64,000 bases of DNA from Sulfolobales archaeon HS-7 (GCA_019704295.1 AP024596.1:1824001-1888000), one strand, 5' to 3'. Shown: positions 34,615-44,959, counted from the stretch's first letter. Made by a program: numbers and translations. Notes: generated from the letters alone by a model not told the origin.

Positions 34615-34745
34615 CCCTGTTTCCCAAATATCTGTTATTCTGAGTAGAATAAAAAACTACTTAGTTAGCTTCACTATTTCAATCGGTATAAATGAGGTCT
34701 AGAAATACATTTTGAATATCGGAAACCTACATTCATTCGACTAAC

Positions 34746-35933
34746 TTATTTAAGACCTCTCACTTTCTCTATATATATCGCTGTGGCGCCTCCTGTTCCG
34801 TGACATAAACTTGCTATCCCTTTTTCAGCATTGTTCTTTGTTAAAACGTTAATTAGTGTTGTGACAATCCTCGCTCCCGATGCCCCTATAGGATGACCAA
34901 GAGCGATAGCTCCACCAAATAGATTCAGTCTTTCATAAGGGATCCCAAGTAATTTATGAACAAGTACGCTTGCTACGGCAAACGCTTCGTTATTTTCGAA
35001 ATAGTCGATATCATTAACAGTTTTTCCTATTTTACTCAGTAATTTCTTTATCGCGTAAACAGGCGCCTCAGGAAATCTCCATCCCTCAGTTCCAATCCAA
35101 CTTATTCCCTTTAGCTCTGCTATAGGTTCAACGCCAAATTTCGTGATCGCGGATTCTCCAGCAAGAACTAGTGCAGAAGCACCATCGGAAATCTGAGAGG
35201 AGTTTCCCGCAGTATGTAAGCCATTTTCTCCAAATGCTGGTCTAAGTTTAGATAACTTTTCAAGAGAGGTATCTTTTCTAATCCCTTCATCTTGATAGAC
35301 TTCGCCATTCGAAGTGGTTACAGGAACTACTTCAGATTTAAAGTTACCACTGGCAGTCGCCTTATATGCTCTCATATGGCTCTCAAACGCTACATTATCA
35401 AGTTCTTCCCTTTTTACGTCTCTTTCCTTAGCGATCATATCCGCCTCTTGCCCCATTAACTTATAGTTAGCCGGGTCTGTCAAACCATCATAAAGCATAG
35501 TATCCGTTAATTTAAACTCCTTATGAAGGGCGGATTTCACACCCCATCTGGCATCAGCCGAAATAGAGAAAGCCGCTCTACTCATAGACTCCATTCCTCC
35601 TACAACAACTACTTCTGCGTCTCCGCTTTTGATCATCTGTCCACCGTTTATTATGCTCATCATACCTGATGAGCATACCATATCTATACAATAGCCATCC
35701 ACGGTTACCGGAAGATTCGCCTTAAGTAACGCCTGTCTTGCCAGATCCTGACCATGGCCAGCCCTTAAGACGTTACCCATAATGACGAGGTCTACTGAGC
35801 TTGAAGGTATACCGCTCCTTTTTAATGCTTCCTGAATTACTATTCCCCCTAATTCCGGTGGGTTTATGTCCTTAAAGTAACCGCCAAATTTTCCAATGGC
35901 TGTTCGTACCGCGGAAAGAATATAGACTCTCAT
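34746..35933 (-). CDS. Acetyl-CoA acetyltransferase (thiolase)
   Basis: VCSSGM, NEAFA, GHPIGASG, CHGTGG; start trimmed to MRVYILSAVRT. Confidence 0.95.
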   Translation of the reverse strand: MRVYILSAVRTAIGKFGGYFKDINPPELGGIVIQEALKRSGIPSSSVDLVIMGNVLRAGHGQDLARQALLKANLPVTVDGYCIDMVCSSGMMSIINGGQMIKSGDAEVVVVGGMESMSRAAFSISADARWGVKSALHKEFKLTDTMLYDGLTDPANYKLMGQEADMIAKERDVKREELDNVAFESHMRAYKATASGNFKSEVVPVTTSNGEVYQDEGIRKDTSLEKLSKLRPAFGENGLHTAGNSSQISDGASALVLAGESAITKFGVEPIAELKGISWIGTEGWRFPEAPVYAIKKLLSKIGKTVNDIDYFENNEAFAVASVLVHKLLGIPYERLNLFGGAIALGHPIGASGARIVTTLINVLTKNNAEKGIASLCHGTGGATAIYIEKVRGLK

Positions 35934-35976
35934 ATGTTTATTTATCTTCTCAAGGTAAAGAAATTTCTCAAAAATC

Positions 35977-37239
35977 TTAGTTTGAGGGTAAACCCCTAAG
36001 ATCAAAGAACGAGTGGTCTGTTATCCTAACTTGTATTTTTTCACCCAATTTATTAAATTCATACACAACTACGGGTTTATAGGATATCGTCCTTCCGATC
36101 ACCGACTTATCTTTGCCTACTTCAGTAGTTATGACATCTACTACTTTTCCTACATAACTCCCAAAGATCTCGCCCGCTATCCTCTCATATAACTCATTAG
36201 CTCTCCGTGTTCTCTCTTTTTTCACTTTTTCAGGTATTTGAGGCATCCTCATACTCCTAGTGTTGTGCCTCGGTGAGTACATAGCTAAATGAATCTTATC
36301 GAACCTCAGTTTCTCCATAAGTAGAAGTGTGTTTTCAAAGCTCTCGTCATCCTCACCAGGATGCCCCACAATTATGTCTGTTGCTATAGTAGTTTCCCCA
36401 AGTTCTTTCCGAATCTTATTAACTAACGAAATATATTCATCTACAGTGTATTTTCTATTCATGAGTTGGAGAACCTTATCGTCTCCACTCTGCACAGGTA
36501 TATGAAGGAATTTAAATATTTTCTCACGTTTCATTACCTCCAATAATCTATCAATTATCCTAAATGCATATTCGGGATTCATCATACCAATCCTTATATA
36601 GAAATCACCATCAATATCCGTAACTTCCTCTAACACATCAACTAACGATACGCCCGATTTTAAGTCAAGCCCATATGTTGCAAGATCTTGACCCGTTAAC
36701 TCTATTTCCTTAGCCCCTTTTTTTACAGCATCCATAACCCATTCCTTAATTCTCCTAACGGGAAAACTCCTAAGATAATTACGTGAAAGTTTAGTTATAC
36801 AGAAGTTACAACTGGACGCACATCCATCTTGAATGGGGATTACAGCAATAGTTCCTGAATTAAAAATAGAGTATCTTGATGGATCGTCGGGCTCTAGAAT
36901 TACTTGTACTTCATTGCTTTCCAATAGTGAAGATATTCTACTTACTGATTGAGGACCTATTATTGATGCTTGAGGTGCTAATTTTGAAATAGTTCCAGGC
37001 TGAGAAGACGCCATACAACCAGCTACAATTAAACGCTTTCCAGTCTTGGAAAAGTACCTTATCCTTTGTTTCATTCTTTCCTCTGTCTCCAATCTCACAA
37101 CGCATGTATTCAGTATTACCGCATCTGCATCTTCCTCTCGTTCGACTATTGTATGACCCTGTTCGGTAAGTAATTTCATCATTATCAGGGAATCCCCTTT
37201 GTTCAGAGTACAGCCGTATGTTTCAATGTACGCCTTCAT
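35977..37239 (-). CDS. tRNA methylthiotransferase (MiaB/MtaB-like radical SAM)
   Basis: TYGCTLN, NTC, CxxxCxxC (CASSCNFC), C-terminal TRAM domain. Confidence 0.92.
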   Translation of the reverse strand: MKAYIETYGCTLNKGDSLIMMKLLTEQGHTIVEREEDADAVILNTCVVRLETEERMKQRIRYFSKTGKRLIVAGCMASSQPGTISKLAPQASIIGPQSVSRISSLLESNEVQVILEPDDPSRYSIFNSGTIAVIPIQDGCASSCNFCITKLSRNYLRSFPVRRIKEWVMDAVKKGAKEIELTGQDLATYGLDLKSGVSLVDVLEEVTDIDGDFYIRIGMMNPEYAFRIIDRLLEVMKREKIFKFLHIPVQSGDDKVLQLMNRKYTVDEYISLVNKIRKELGETTIATDIIVGHPGEDDESFENTLLLMEKLRFDKIHLAMYSPRHNTRSMRMPQIPEKVKKERTRRANELYERIAGEIFGSYVGKVVDVITTEVGKDKSVIGRTISYKPVVVYEFNKLGEKIQVRITDHSFFDLRGLPSN

Positions 37240-37526
37240 GTTACTAACCTATCATGTATTAATGCAAAATTTGAGATTATATAATCACTTACCTCAGAAC
37301 TTATTTATCAATAGTGGTGGACCCGCTGCTGAACTGGTAGGAGTAGCATAGTTACAGCTCAAAGATCTTTGCTCAGTTGTCTCAGTAACGTGCGCTCTAT
37401 AGATGCCTATCATTGAAACAGCATGTAAACTTACATTTAAGGGTGTGTTGGTTGCTCACAAATCCTCCTAACCTTCACTCAGATAAGTAAGTATAATAAC
37501 TACTACCAAAGAGATTTTTGGTAAAG

Positions 37527-37949
37527 ATGTCATCTGATGCAGAATATGAAAAACTTCTCCAAAGGGTATATGAGAAGCTCCCGTATAAGAGCAATAAAAA
37601 GGAGAGTCAAGAACTCCCAGCCCTCATAATTAACAATATAGGTTCTACTACAATAATAAGAAACTTTTCAGAATACGCCGACAGAATTAGGAGAGATCCT
37701 AAAGTTCTCATGAAGTACCTTCTTAAGGAGTTAGCTGCAGCAGGAACTCTGACTGATAACGGAGCATTGGAGATTCAGGGTAAATTCTCGAGTTATACTA
37801 TAAACAACTTAATAGAAAGATTCCTCAATTCTTACGTAAGGTGTAGAACTTGTAAAAGTCTTGACACAATCCTAACTATAGAGAAGAACGTTTGGACTAT
37901 AAAGTGCCTGGCTTGTGGTGCGATAACTACAGTAAGAAAGGCGTTTTAG
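37527..37949 (+). CDS. eif2b: Translation initiation factor aIF2 beta
   Basis: YEKLLQR, IRNFSE, CRTC...CLACGA. Confidence 0.93.
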   Translation: MSSDAEYEKLLQRVYEKLPYKSNKKESQELPALIINNIGSTTIIRNFSEYADRIRRDPKVLMKYLLKELAAAGTLTDNGALEIQGKFSSYTINNLIERFLNSYVRCRTCKSLDTILTIEKNVWTIKCLACGAITTVRKAF

Positions 37950-37950
37950 T

Positions 37951-38253
37951 TTGAATATTATGGTTAAGATTATTCATGCTCCCTCTGGAGAGGTTATAGT
38001 AAACCTCTGTGAACCATCACTATTAGGAAAGGTTTTCAGGGAGAAGGATATAAATCTTCATGTAAATAAGGAGTTTTATGAGGGGGAAATAATGGAAGAA
38101 GATGAGGCGTTTTCTTACGTGGAGCAGGCAACAGTTGCGTCATTTGTCGGAAAAACAGTTGTAGAGCAGGCCGCTAGGCGAGGGTTCATTAATAGGGACA
38201 CCGTGCTTGTAGTAGAGGGGGTTCCATTCGCACAAATGCTCAACGGGTTTTAG
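37951..38253 (+). CDS. DUF424 family protein
   Basis: CEPSLLGKVF, VNKEFYEG, GVPFAQ. Confidence 0.85.
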   Translation: MNIMVKIIHAPSGEVIVNLCEPSLLGKVFREKDINLHVNKEFYEGEIMEEDEAFSYVEQATVASFVGKTVVEQAARRGFINRDTVLVVEGVPFAQMLNGF

Positions 38254-38254
38254 C

Positions 38255-38950
38255 ATGAGGAAATTCTGCGTACTATGCGGGTCAGAAGACGAGGAGTTAA
38301 TTGATTCCCTTTGTGAGAGTTGTTATATTTCAACAAAACAGTTAGTAAAAGTAGAGAAAGAAGTATCGGTAAAGTACTGTCGTTCTTGCGGATCTATATG
38401 GGTAGGTGGCAGATGGGTTCAAAATTCTGAAGAACCACTTTACTATTCAATATATCTCTACGTTATGAAAACTACGGTATTAGATGAACATGTTTCGGAG
38501 TTCAAAGTTAACGTAGATAAAATATGGAAGGATCTTACAGGTGAATTACACGCTACTATTTCTGTTTCAGGTAAGATAAGAAGGGAATCGTTCACGAAAA
38601 CCCTTGATGTACAGGTAGAGGAAGATAGATCGTTATGCACCAGATGTCTTAAATCAAAGGGGAAGGATTTTGAAGCGGTAATACAATTAAGGACTTCTGG
38701 TAAAAGATTGGATAATGGAGTAAGGCAACTTTTTGAGGAAACTTTACTAGATCAAGCCAGCCAATCAATTGGCGACGTGAAAGAGGCCCATAACGGTTTT
38801 GATTACTACCTGACAGATAAGTCGAGTGCTAGGAAAACAGTGTCTAAATTTACTAAACTAATCAATGCTAAAATTATCGAATCATATGAGAATGAGAGAA
38901 GAGAAGACGGTAAAAGAAAAGCCAGATTAGTAATATCCGTGAGGATATGA
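38255..38950 (+). CDS. NMD3 family protein
   Basis: Four CxxC pairs, FEAVIQLR. Confidence 0.88.
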   Translation: MRKFCVLCGSEDEELIDSLCESCYISTKQLVKVEKEVSVKYCRSCGSIWVGGRWVQNSEEPLYYSIYLYVMKTTVLDEHVSEFKVNVDKIWKDLTGELHATISVSGKIRRESFTKTLDVQVEEDRSLCTRCLKSKGKDFEAVIQLRTSGKRLDNGVRQLFEETLLDQASQSIGDVKEAHNGFDYYLTDKSSARKTVSKFTKLINAKIIESYENERREDGKRKARLVISVRI

Positions 38951-39558
38951 ACCTTGGAATTGATGAGGCTGGAAGAGGTTGTATAATAGGACCAATGATA
39001 GTTGCAGGTGTTTTCATCGAACAAGAGAAACTTAGAACGTTAAAAAGTATCGGAGTAAAGGATAGTAAGAAACTTACTAAAAGAAGTAGGGAGTCTCTCT
39101 ACAGGTTGATTTTCGAAATTGTTAACGGCGTAACAATAGTCAAGGTAGAACCTGAACTTATCGATAAATACAACCTTAACCTTCTAACTAAGTACTCAAT
39201 GCTTAAAATAATAGAGACGTCCCCATATAGATTATCTAAAGTGGTAATCGATAAGGTCGGAAATATGCAGGATGTAGAAGAGACTGTAATCAGGACAGGT
39301 GCAATCCCGATAATAGAGAATAAGGCTGATGATAAGTATTTAGAAGTGGGTGCAGCGAGTATTGTTGCGAAGGTAATAAGGGACGACATTATAGCCTCAC
39401 TAAAAGAGAAATATGGAGATTTCGGAAGCGGATATCCATCTGATAAAAAAACAATAAATTGGTTACATGCAGTATTAACTAAGGGACCCCCTCCAATAGT
39501 GAGAAGGAGTTGGAAAACTTTACAAAAGTTATCGTCTAATTATTATATGACCAAGTGA
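38947..39558 (+). CDS. rnhB: Ribonuclease HII
   Basis: GIDEAGRG, VKDSKKL, AASIVAKV, GSGYPSD. Confidence 0.97.
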   Translation: MNLGIDEAGRGCIIGPMIVAGVFIEQEKLRTLKSIGVKDSKKLTKRSRESLYRLIFEIVNGVTIVKVEPELIDKYNLNLLTKYSMLKIIETSPYRLSKVVIDKVGNMQDVEETVIRTGAIPIIENKADDKYLEVGAASIVAKVIRDDIIASLKEKYGDFGSGYPSDKKTINWLHAVLTKGPPPIVRRSWKTLQKLSSNYYMTK

Positions 39559-39562
39559 GATA

Positions 39563-40621
39563 ATGGTCACGAATCTCCCCGCCGAAGCTAAGGCGAAGTG
39601 GATTAAAGTTATGGATGCGAAAACACCGGAAGAGAAAATACAGGCCCTACAGGAATTTCTAAGTACCGTTCCTAAGCATAAGGGAACTGAGAACCTAGTT
39701 ATGTGGGCAAGGAGGCGAATGGCAGAGTTAAAAGAGGAAGTTGAAAAGGAAAAGAGGCGGGGAAAATCTGGTGCGGGGCCTAAGTTCTTCATAGAGAAGG
39801 ATGGCGCAGGTCAGGTATTACTTCTCGGAGACAGAGAATCAAGATGTAAATTAATGAATTTACTTACTGAAATTGACGAAGAACCTAAAGAAACGCCAAT
39901 ACCTGGAATAACGTATTATGAGGACGTTAGATTTCAGGTGATAAATCCGCCCGAACTCATAATTGAATCGAGAAGTATAGCCTCAAAGATCCTTGCGTTA
40001 ACGAGAAATGCAGATCTCATCGTACTAACAGGACGGAATATAGAAAGCGTTGTTAAGTTCCTCGAGGATAACGGAATATTCCTAGGAAGACCCAAGGGGA
40101 AGGTCGTTATTGAACGAGTGAGAGCTGGAAAAGGTATTAGAATTGTAAAAATGGGAAAACTTATAGGATTTTCAGAAAAGGAGATAGTAAATCTATTGCA
40201 TGAATACAATATAGTGTCGGGTACAGTAAAATTATCTGGCGAAGTCACCATAGATGACGTAGAAAAAGCCTTGTTTGGGGGCGTCACGTATAAGCCTGGA
40301 TTAATTGTAGGAGAGGAAAAAATTAACGACTTACCCGTTGCTCATATAAATAATGTAAATCAGATAAAACGGCTGATATTTGAACTTTTGGATATAATCA
40401 GAGTCTACACGAAGGAACCTGGTGAGGAGGTTAGTAAAGAACCCGTGATCTTGAGGAAAGGTGCTACAGTTCTAGATCTCGCTAGAACCATTCACTCGCA
40501 AATAGCGGAGAATTTCAAGTACGCGAAAGTACAAGGAAGATCGGTCAAATATCCTCAAAGAGTGGGCTTAAACCACGTCTTAGAGGATGGAGATATTGTT
40601 GAATTAAGAAGTAAGGTTTAA
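39563..40621 (+). CDS. DRG/OBG-like TGS-domain protein with degenerate G domain
   Basis: PKHKGTE N-terminus, IRVYTK, QRVGLNHVLEDGD; no GxxxxGKS. Confidence 0.85.
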   Translation: MVTNLPAEAKAKWIKVMDAKTPEEKIQALQEFLSTVPKHKGTENLVMWARRRMAELKEEVEKEKRRGKSGAGPKFFIEKDGAGQVLLLGDRESRCKLMNLLTEIDEEPKETPIPGITYYEDVRFQVINPPELIIESRSIASKILALTRNADLIVLTGRNIESVVKFLEDNGIFLGRPKGKVVIERVRAGKGIRIVKMGKLIGFSEKEIVNLLHEYNIVSGTVKLSGEVTIDDVEKALFGGVTYKPGLIVGEEKINDLPVAHINNVNQIKRLIFELLDIIRVYTKEPGEEVSKEPVILRKGATVLDLARTIHSQIAENFKYAKVQGRSVKYPQRVGLNHVLEDGDIVELRSKV

Positions 40622-40638
40622 GCCCTTCTTCTAAATGC

Positions 40639-42396
40639 TTACTCTGATTGTCGCATAAGTAGAGCTGAGTTACCTGGCAACAGTTTTTGTATATCTGAAA
40701 TATAGTTATTTATGTCCACCTCAAACTGCTTGCTAAGTATTTTAGCAATTCTCCTAGATATCTTCTCTGCCTGTTCGTCCCCTGGTCCTATGAGGACGTA
40801 ATTCCTGTTTAAACAGTGAAACTTGGCTGCTTCTTCAGAAAAGACTCCTGGGAGAAGAACGCCTTCAGTTTTAGTTAGACATACGGCTAGTCTCAGCCTA
40901 ACATTCTTAATATAATTCTTCCTTCCGTATATCATGAACGAACCGCGTGGCAGATATTCGCCTGAAGGAGGTGATTTACTGACTTGTTCCCCCTTTACGT
41001 AAAACACATCAATTGATGACAAACCTTCCTTCCAGGCTCTCGAATAGGACGCCGAAATAACTGCCGCGTCATTAATTTCATCTTCCGAAACCGTTTTTCG
41101 AGAACTCTTTATTATCGTAGCTGCAGCCCCGTGAAGATCCGCATGAAGAAATACGTCATCATTTTCAAGGTATTTCCTCACTAAGCTCTCATTCTGATCT
41201 ATATCTCTACCTGCTATTATCAGTATTCCACCTCTAGTAAAGCTCCACCTATACTTTTCAAACCAGAATTTCCTCCTATACGTGCTTTCAACCTTTTTTG
41301 ACGTTTCATCTAAAACCTTGTCGATTTCGTTTAGTTTTCCCTGAAATTCCTCAATAACCTGTAGTGTCTTCATATATTTGCCTCTGAAATCTTTAGCCAT
41401 ATCGAAGTAATCCGAGGCGTTTTTGTAAGCGCTTTTCTGCGGATCAAGCGTTATTTTCCTATCATTGATGCTTACTATAACTCGATTTTTTTCATGTTCC
41501 AGTTCAATTTTTCCTTTGTTGTAATCGTCTAAAATCTGATCTATAGTGGAAAAATTATTCATTATTACCATTGCAATTTCCCTTAATTCGTTCTCCTTAT
41601 CCTTATATTCCACTGCCCTTTTCTCAAGTTCCTCTATAGTACTTACTATTTTCTTCTTTTCCACGCCAGCACGTTCTTGAGCCCTCCTCTTTACTTCAAT
41701 TATCTCAAGATTGGAGAAGTAGTTATCAAGGAAGTTATCAAAATCGTCAATAGGCTGACAGTCGTCAATGCGAAATACGTAAAAATTTCCATCTTTACTA
41801 CTACAAATGTTAACTTGTCCAGACTTAATGTTACTAATAATGCTAGCGACATTATCGTTAACAACTTTTTGATCTTTGATATCTAAGCCTAATTTCTTCC
41901 CTTCCTCTGGAGATACATTAGGTCGTTGGGGAGAGACCTTGGGTGGAAGCCGATAAGTCGTGCCTATTTTCAGGTCCCTATCCTTAAAGTGGATTTCCCT
42001 CGAGAGATAAATAATCTTGCCTTCAAGGTCAGTGACGACAAGAACTCCTCTCGGGATAATTTCGCAAACAACCTTCAGCGAGTTACTTAACCAGAGGTTA
42101 ACTATTCTTTCATCCTCTTCCAGAGTGACGTCTTTTATCAAGGTCGAGTTAATTAAATTTCTTAGGATACCGATGCTACCACTTGATGTCCTATCCCTTC
42201 TCGTTTGAGTAAAATGAATTCTCCTTCCAGGTTCGATAATTAGCTCTCTTTCTCCTGCTGGACATCTGAGTTTAAAAAGAAATACTCCTTCTATGTTAGT
42301 CCCGTATACGTTATCAATCCAACAACCAATTAGCCTCCCTCTATTAATTACCATCCACGTCAGTAGATCTAGGTAACTCATAGCTTTTTTTGTCAT
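40639..42396 (-). CDS. rqcH: Ribosome quality control protein Rqc2/RqcH (NEMF family)
   Basis: MSYLDL, EDERIV, WFEKYRW, FLHADLHGA, SGEYLPRGSFMIYG. Confidence 0.9.
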   Translation of the reverse strand: MTKKAMSYLDLLTWMVINRGRLIGCWIDNVYGTNIEGVFLFKLRCPAGERELIIEPGRRIHFTQTRRDRTSSGSIGILRNLINSTLIKDVTLEEDERIVNLWLSNSLKVVCEIIPRGVLVVTDLEGKIIYLSREIHFKDRDLKIGTTYRLPPKVSPQRPNVSPEEGKKLGLDIKDQKVVNDNVASIISNIKSGQVNICSSKDGNFYVFRIDDCQPIDDFDNFLDNYFSNLEIIEVKRRAQERAGVEKKKIVSTIEELEKRAVEYKDKENELREIAMVIMNNFSTIDQILDDYNKGKIELEHEKNRVIVSINDRKITLDPQKSAYKNASDYFDMAKDFRGKYMKTLQVIEEFQGKLNEIDKVLDETSKKVESTYRRKFWFEKYRWSFTRGGILIIAGRDIDQNESLVRKYLENDDVFLHADLHGAAATIIKSSRKTVSEDEINDAAVISASYSRAWKEGLSSIDVFYVKGEQVSKSPPSGEYLPRGSFMIYGRKNYIKNVRLRLAVCLTKTEGVLLPGVFSEEAAKFHCLNRNYVLIGPGDEQAEKISRRIAKILSKQFEVDINNYISDIQKLLPGNSALLMRQSE

Positions 42397-42444
42397 TCCA
42401 TTTATCCCAAAATCTCTATAAACAGTCACATCTTAAATTATAAT

Positions 42445-42696
42445 GTGTCAATTGACGATAAGATACTCGCTTTCAGGGCATTTGCAGCTATAATATGTGC
42501 CATAATAAGTTTCGTATTTGGTGTAATGGGGATGTTAACAGCTTCGTACTTAACTCCACTCGTGATTTACTTATTAACTATTCCTGCTGTAAAATATACA
42601 ACAGGTACTAATTCAAGGTGGTTAATTATTGGCAAAGGCTCTTTAACTTTCGTTGTAATATGGTTCTTAATATGGACAGTGCTGCTTCAACTCTAA
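42445..42696 (+). CDS. Small three-helix membrane protein
   Basis: Hydrophobic 83-aa ORF. Confidence 0.7.
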   Translation: MSIDDKILAFRAFAAIICAIISFVFGVMGMLTASYLTPLVIYLLTIPAVKYTTGTNSRWLIIGKGSLTFVVIWFLIWTVLLQL

Positions 42697-43154
42697 ACTA
42701 CAAGTTCGTAGTAGACGCGATGTTAGGTAACTTAGCAAGATGGCTGCGAATATTAGGTTATGATACATTGTATGACAAGAACTATCAATACTGGAAGATA
42801 TTAGAAATATCGAAGAGGGAGGGAAGAACGATAATAACCAGGAATTCGCATCTAGCTAAAAAGGCATACAAGATGGGCTTAAGCTATGTATTAATTCCTA
42901 AGGGTATTAACGTAATTGAGACATTAATCTACCTTAAACAAAATGGAGTTATAAATGTTGAGTATCCTATCTCCCCTATTAGATGTACAGTATGTAATGG
43001 ACCGTTGGAGAAATTCGATATAGGTAAATGGAAATGTTCCAAATGCGGGAAAATCTACTGGAAAGGATCACATTGGAACACTATTCAGAAAACCGTTATT
43101 AAGGTTGCTAACAGCAAGTTATATGATGACGGAGAGCCTATTAAATCTAAATAA
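42672..43154 (+). CDS. Mut7-C RNase (PIN-like) domain protein
   Basis: DAMLGNLARWLRILGYD, CTVCNG, CSKCGKIYWKGSH. Confidence 0.9.
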   Translation: MDSAASTLNYKFVVDAMLGNLARWLRILGYDTLYDKNYQYWKILEISKREGRTIITRNSHLAKKAYKMGLSYVLIPKGINVIETLIYLKQNGVINVEYPISPIRCTVCNGPLEKFDIGKWKCSKCGKIYWKGSHWNTIQKTVIKVANSKLYDDGEPIKSK

Positions 43155-43752
43155 GGAACAGGCTAAAATCCTGATAAAAATAGCAAAGAAATCTATCGAA
43201 TCGCGGTTCTCTAAAAGCGATGAAACTAAGATGCTCCTGGACAGCATTAACGATCCCGTTTTGAATTCCCCAGGCCTCGCGTTTGTAACAATAAATCAGA
43301 AGGTGGGTGAGAGGTTGGAGTTAAGGGGTTGTATAGGTTTCGTTGAAGCGATAGCTCCGCTAAAGGAAATAGTAGCTAAAGCTGCTGCAGAAGCTGCTTT
43401 CGGAGATCCACGTTTTCCTCCACTAAAGGAGTGGGAACTGAATAGTATAGAAATAGAGATTACCATTCTGTCTAAACCTGAAAAATTTAATGTTTATAAC
43501 AGAAGAGAAGTCTTAAATCAAATAACATTAGGAAAACACGGACTTCTGATCAGAAAGGGGATAACTCATTCAGGATTATTACTACCACAAGTCCCAATTG
43601 AGTACTCTTGGGATGCCGAGACATTTTTGGCTCAAACGTGTATAAAAGCAGGTTTAATGCCATATTGTTGGCTAGATGAAAACACTGATATATATAGATT
43701 TGAAGGCGTCGTGATTAAGGAAGAGAATGATGATGTAAAAATAGGATTATAA
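43123..43752 (+). CDS. AMMECR1 domain protein
   Basis: LRGCIG, DPRF, GLLLPQV. Confidence 0.93.
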   Translation: MMTESLLNLNKEQAKILIKIAKKSIESRFSKSDETKMLLDSINDPVLNSPGLAFVTINQKVGERLELRGCIGFVEAIAPLKEIVAKAAAEAAFGDPRFPPLKEWELNSIEIEITILSKPEKFNVYNRREVLNQITLGKHGLLIRKGITHSGLLLPQVPIEYSWDAETFLAQTCIKAGLMPYCWLDENTDIYRFEGVVIKEENDDVKIGL

Positions 43753-44346
43753 TCAAATATGCTTTTTAATAATGTAAAATGTAATATAAGCAACCATTAT
43801 AATCGCAGTTATTATCGCAACGAGATCAAGCTTAGTTGACAGGTAGTTTGTAATAGCAGCGTAGTTTTGATAAAATATTATTCCGATATATGTCAAAAAC
43901 ATGTCCCACAATAAGTTCCCTATAGTCGAATACATTAGAAATGAACCTATACGCATTCTCGCTAAGCCTGCCGGAAATGATACGAGCGTCCTAAATCCTG
44001 GTACGAATCTGAGCAGAAGTACGGCAATGTAGCCGTACTTGGAAAACCATACCGCTAAAAGTTCTAGATGTTTATCTCTTATGAGAATATACTTACCATA
44101 TTTCTTTAAGAATGGAAGTCCCAACTTGGCTCCTATGATATAATCGATTAACGAACCTACGATAGTTCCCAATGTAGCGGATAATATAACAAATGGGAAC
44201 CTTAAGATTCCAGTCTTTACCAAAACCCCTGCTAATGGAAGTACGACCTCGCTAGGTACTGGGAGAGATGACGACTCAAGTAGCATAAGGACGAAAATTC
44301 CAAGATAGTTCCCCACTAGGACGTCTATTAAATGTAGAAAGTTCAA
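43753..44346 (-). CDS. DedA family membrane protein
   Basis: ESSSLPVPSEV, RFVPGFR..SFPAG. Confidence 0.92.
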   Translation of the reverse strand: MNFLHLIDVLVGNYLGIFVLMLLESSSLPVPSEVVLPLAGVLVKTGILRFPFVILSATLGTIVGSLIDYIIGAKLGLPFLKKYGKYILIRDKHLELLAVWFSKYGYIAVLLLRFVPGFRTLVSFPAGLARMRIGSFLMYSTIGNLLWDMFLTYIGIIFYQNYAAITNYLSTKLDLVAIITAIIMVAYITFYIIKKHI

Positions 44347-44726
44347 GGTATGTCTTCACCATGAGGACATTTCTTTGGTCTTCCTAGATACTCATACATT
44401 TTCTCTATAACCTCTTCAGGTATATCTGTGTCGAACTTAGTCGACAGTTCGCAAACCTTATCTTCTTGAATACCTATTTCGGTCAGTAATTCTTCTACTA
44501 CTCTGTGCGCTTTTATCGCCTTATATAACTCCCTCTTACCATTTTCGGTTATAAGGATCAACGATTGTTTTCTTTCGATCAAGCCTTTGCCTTCAAGATG
44601 ATTTAATTCTTCAAAAGCGCTTGCGGGTCTTATGTTAAGTTTTTTTGCCAACGTTGAGAGCCTTATCCCGTCTCGTTCCTTCTCTATCACCTTTAGATAT
44701 ACTATCTCCCTTTTAGTTATGTACAT
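44343..44726 (-). CDS. DtxR/MntR-family metal-dependent regulator
   Basis: HTH, HRVVE, CPHGEDIP. Confidence 0.88.
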   Translation of the reverse strand: MYITKREIVYLKVIEKERDGIRLSTLAKKLNIRPASAFEELNHLEGKGLIERKQSLILITENGKRELYKAIKAHRVVEELLTEIGIQEDKVCELSTKFDTDIPEEVIEKMYEYLGRPKKCPHGEDIP

Positions 44727-44851
44727 ACTTCATATGTATTGTCTATATCTTGTCTATTATTTTTTATGGAGATTCTTTCATGAACCAGAATCTCCACATC
44801 CATTCTAAATTTCACGCAAAATGTCTTAACAATTTGGGCTTCTCAGTAATT

Positions 44852-44959
44852 TAAAGTCGAATACTATAATAGTTCAGGTACTACAGCAGCAATTTCATAA
44901 AAGCCGTTGTTCATTGAGGAAACGTAAAACCGATAAGATAAAACTTACTGAAAATACTA
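44852..44959. repeat. Family C repeat, copy 2
   Basis: Similarity to 17256-17348. Confidence 0.6.

Noticed and set aside
37310-37500. Possible small gene upstream of aIF2-beta
   Set aside because: The frames examined are interrupted by stops and show no recognisable protein or RNA motif
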